Position numbers and translations under genes: made by a program. Of a stretch of 64,000 nt of DNA, positions 60,520 to 64,000 are shown piece by piece. A model generated the notes under the pieces. The model searched no databases. It saw only the letters and a list, made by a program, of their open reading frames with translations, and had not been told where the DNA came from. This DNA is from Podarcis muralis (taxonomy: Eukaryota): NCBI RefSeq assembly GCF_964188315.1, contig NC_135658.1, positions 25,544,001 through 25,608,000 of the forward strand, in the 5' to 3' direction. Position 1 is the first letter of the stretch. Every line of letters begins with the position of its first letter.

Positions 60520-61446
60520 TGTGGGTAGATCCCATTGAGTGCCCAGGCGGAAACCCCCGACCCCAGGAGCCACCCAGGTGGAATGAATGACTTCTAGCAA
60601 CATGTTATGGGATTAAAATTGGCCACAACTTTATTTAAACTTTCAGATGTAGGAAGACTTTGGCTTAGGCACTGGGCGTTTATCCCTCCCAGTCCCCAGC
60701 CAGGGATCTGAGGCACATCAGGGTTATCATATCTGTCTGGGGAGTGGGTTGGCTCTGGAAGACATATGTTTACCCCGAGAGCCCTCCCCCTATTTCACCG
60801 CAACACAGGAGAGTGCACTGACAACCTTTCAGTGTATGGCCAGTGACTCCCCTCAACACAACCCCTTTAACGGGAAACCCTGGGAATGACGGGGGCGTTT
60901 TGCTACGGGGAAGGCGAAACCTGCCAATGCAGGGAAAATTCCTTCCGGGTCCTTTAACAGCAACCATCGTAACACCGTAGCAGCACCCGCATACCTGTAA
61001 AGAAGTGAACCTGCAATAAAGAGCATAAATAAAGGGAGGATAGGGCGGGTGAAGCTCTGGAGCCAACTGAGAGCTCCCAAATAGGCTTTGCCCGCTTATG
61101 TACACGAAGAGCGGACCGGAGTGAAGACTACTCTTTCTTGGTTTGCTCTCTCTTGGCTCTGCCTCCGCCCGTCGCAACTGGATCATTTTGAACTGAGGTT
61201 TGGCGGGAACCTCAAAGGGCTGTGACGAGCGGAGGTGGACCAGGAGCGCTCTGCCGGGAGTCTTGGAGGATTGGGGGTGCTGGATGTGGGCACAAAAACG
61301 GCACCCTCCGGTTAAGGGGGAGAGCGGTCACTCTTCTGCTCTCCCCTATGCTAAGAATTTGTAATAAAGGTAATCCTAGATTTTATAATTTTATTTCTTA
61401 CACTACTGAGACCACCTGAGGGGTTTGAATGGAATCTCCTGCTACA
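60520..61446. mobile_element. LTR-like GC-richer insertion, boundaries uncertain
   Basis: TGT...ACA ends and poly(A)-like signals on both strands. No matching TSD was found. Confidence 0.35.
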
Positions 61447-62114
61447 ACTTCTTAGGATTATAACATGATTCAGCCATGATAAACTGGCACATCCTATGCC
61501 CTTTTAAAATGTGGTGGGGGGGGTTGGGGGGAGTTATTGGGTTGCTTTTATTTTGATTATATATTTTGTGCTTTTGTGCTTTTATATTTTGATTTTGTTT
61601 TGTGAACTGCCCTGAGACCTCCGGTTATTGGAGGCATATAAATTCTATTATTCTTATTCTTATTATTAATACCATGATTCCTCTTGAAGTGTTAAACTAG
61701 CATAAACTTGCACTGCCACATGTGCCACATTATATTCATTCTGCACACATAAGAAATTTATATTTTATACCATTGCTAAAGTTTGGAGATCTTTAAATCA
61801 TAAACCTGTAGATCCTACCTTAATCACATATTGGTATATTTGTTCTGGAAGCTAATTCTCATGAAAAAACCTGATAGACAAGTAACGTGAGCAAAGAACC
61901 AACAAAAAGTCAGATTTTCTGTAACTTGGTTCAATTTTATTTAATATGAACTTCATAAAAAACATGGATACAGACCACCAACTTCTCACAGGGACTTATG
62001 GGAGTATGTTTTTATTTATTATTTGTATTGTATTTGTTTGGCAAGATGTAGCACTCTTGAAGGCAGGAAGATGTTGTTTGTTCATTCTGAAAACAATAAA
62101 AATTGTTTAAAAGA

Positions 62115-62405
62115 TAAATTAATATTTTAGTGTGGCAGCACCTACATTTTGGAACTCCCTGTGTACTGGGATCAGACAGAAATCTTCATTGTACTCTTTT
62201 AATAACTGCTTAAAAACATTTTTGTTCAGGCAAGCCTATCCAGACAAATAGAGCACTTCCATGTATTTCAATCTCTTTAGCTTACTGTAATTTTTAATTA
62301 TCTTTTGAACATTTTAAATACATGTTTCAAATTGTATTTTAAAACAATTTTAAGTTTTAGTCTTTTTGTAAATTAGAGGTGTGGCATATAAATTTTATGA
62401 AATAA
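62115..62405 (+). mobile_element. Probable L2 LINE 3' end
   Basis: GTGTGGCAGCACC...TGGAACTCCCT...TTAAAAACATTTTTGTTCAGGCAAGCC, followed by an AT-rich tail. Confidence 0.55.
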
Positions 62406-62933
62406 TTCTCTAGAGAACTTGAAGGGCACAGGAAGTGAGATAGGAACTTTTTTGCTTTTTATCTGGGTGTCCTGTTTATTGTTGTCTTTCTCTTTTATGA
62501 ATAAATTGCAATATAATTTAATATAATTTTTAATTAAGATACATGTCCTCTTGCATCAGCTCAACTTATACACACAATCTTTACAAAGCTTTTATAAATC
62601 TATGTGCAGTTCATAGTGGAACACTTTACTAATTCAAATTTGCTCATAATGAAAACTGTTGTGTATAAAACTAAGTATGAACCACATATTGTATAGCATT
62701 CACAAGTTTCTTCAGCTTCCTGAGAAATATTCTTCTTATAACCTTACAGAATTTATTTTTCCAATATGTCCTTAAGCAGTATTAGTATAAGTAATTAAAA
62801 TCTGAAAAAAACACAAGTGAACCAGGGCTGTAACCATTACCATTCTGGAACATGAGTCAAGCAGAACAACCAGTAATCAAACGCACACAAATGCTAGACT
62901 TTTGTTCAGCAGTTACTCAGACAACAGTCCTAC

Positions 62934-62960
62934 CTGAAAATCCCCAGAGAAGCTGTTGGG
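62934..62960 (-). CDS. SACS: Candidate 27-nt in-frame SACS microexon (adds AQQLLWGFS)
   Basis: TTATATTTTAG|CCCAACAGCTTCTCTGGGGATTTTCAG|GTAGGA. Frame-preserving and stop-free in the phase-1 frame of the giant exon. Confidence 0.65.
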
Positions 62961-63708
62961 CTAAAATATAATGAAATGCATTTTAAGGAGGAAATGAAGA
63001 TGATAATAATAATGACACATGGCAACTATGATGTGTGCCAGAGCAAACTGTAACTGCAGTGATTTGTCCATTCTTTTATATAAGGAAATGGCTGCTTTGT
63101 TCGGATAAAAGGGATTCTTCCATACGCACATTAACCATTTTCTTTCAAATAATCAGAATGAAAATTTTCCTGTTATACTAAAGGAATGAGTGACCTTTTG
63201 TATATAGCAACAACTGTCGAAATCTCTGTTGCAGTTCTACTTTTATTCAGCATGTTGCATCATTATTGTATCAATGCATCTGTTATTTCTTTTGGAAGGT
63301 TTTTGTGCAAAGCTAGGCATAAATAAAGACAGTTCTTGTCAGAGTTTGCTAACTTCTACACAGAACACAAGAAAAATAAGGGTAGCACTCACTAGGATGT
63401 GGCTATTTTTCAATATTGTAATCTCAATATTGCATACTGAAGATCCGTACCACGAATTGACATAAAGTGAGCCAGTTCTTCCCAGCAAAAGTTTTAAATC
63501 TGAAGAATGTCTCACACATGTTTTTTTTTTTTTTTTGTCTATGTTGATCAACATGAACAACAGCACATACTAACTGTAGTACACAATGGATATATTTTTT
63601 CCAAGAAGGATATTTGCTTCTAAATTTTCATTTTTTCTGATTCAGTAATAAACCTGACTCTCATGGATACATAAAATGATTATGGATCATTCAAAAAAAA
63701 TTTAATTA

Positions 63709-63942
63709 CAGTGTAGCTTCAGGTTACGTTGCCTCTGACTTACATCACCCTCAGCTTGTGACCAGCACAAACCCGGAATACTGGAACAGGTTACTTCTGG
63801 GTTTGCGCCGTTCGCGTAGGTGCAGAAGTGCTAAATCGTGCCGTGTGCGTGCGCAGACACAACTCTTTGGGTTGGATGCATCGTTTTCAGGTTGCGGCGA
63901 GGCCTCTGGAACAGATCCCCACCATAACCTGAGGTTCCACTG
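63709..63942. mobile_element. Tigger-like MITE, related to 21090-21350
   Basis: TA-flanked CAGTGTAGCTTCAGGTTA...TAACCTGAGGTTCCACTG. Confidence 0.8.
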
Positions 63943-64000
63943 TATTTCATTCCTTTTGCCTTTACTTATGTCCATTCTTAAGTGTTTTGTGTCCTGATTA

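Noticed and set aside
59055-64000. Canonical penultimate SACS coding exon
   Set aside because: I looked for a - strand exon matching the expected upstream sacsin sequence and found none. It presumably lies beyond the window.
1-64000. CRISPR arrays, rRNA genes, operons or other prokaryotic features
   Set aside because: None seen. The dispersed repeats are TIR- or TSD-bounded eukaryotic transposons and the genes are spliced vertebrate genes.

Overview
This is vertebrate genomic DNA from a squamate, probably a lacertid-type lizard, judged from the Sauria SINEs, BovB and abundant hAT and Tc1-mariner MITEs. Two genes converge tail-to-tail. On the + strand is gamma-sarcoglycan (SGCG): seven coding exons at 30830-40934 give a 299-aa protein, with a likely non-coding exon ending at 23596 and a CpG-island first exon ending at 15710. 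On the - strand is the 3' part of sacsin (SACS): the giant last exon has 11.6 kb of uninterrupted CDS (56215-44637) with two HATPase-like repeats, a J-domain and HEPN. Its upstream canonical exons were not found in the window. The remainder is intronic or intergenic DNA rich in transposons. The strongest unexplained signals are four. (1) A 2.0-kb CpG island in the last SACS intron is bracketed by hAT terminal inverted repeats and a 7/8 matching 8-bp target-site duplication, 0.8 kb upstream of a giant exon that has its own strong-Kozak in-frame ATG. (2) A 27-nt in-frame SACS microexon candidate has an SRRM4-type UGC signature (62934-62960). (3) A ~290-bp palindrome at 9.06-9.35 kb has substitutions strongly biased to G-U pairs on the + strand. 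(4) Several MITEs may alter SGCG splicing, including a candidate poison exon and an inverted pair flanking the ATG exon. No searches or folding programs were run. Repeat family names and human comparisons come from recognition and recall and need verification.
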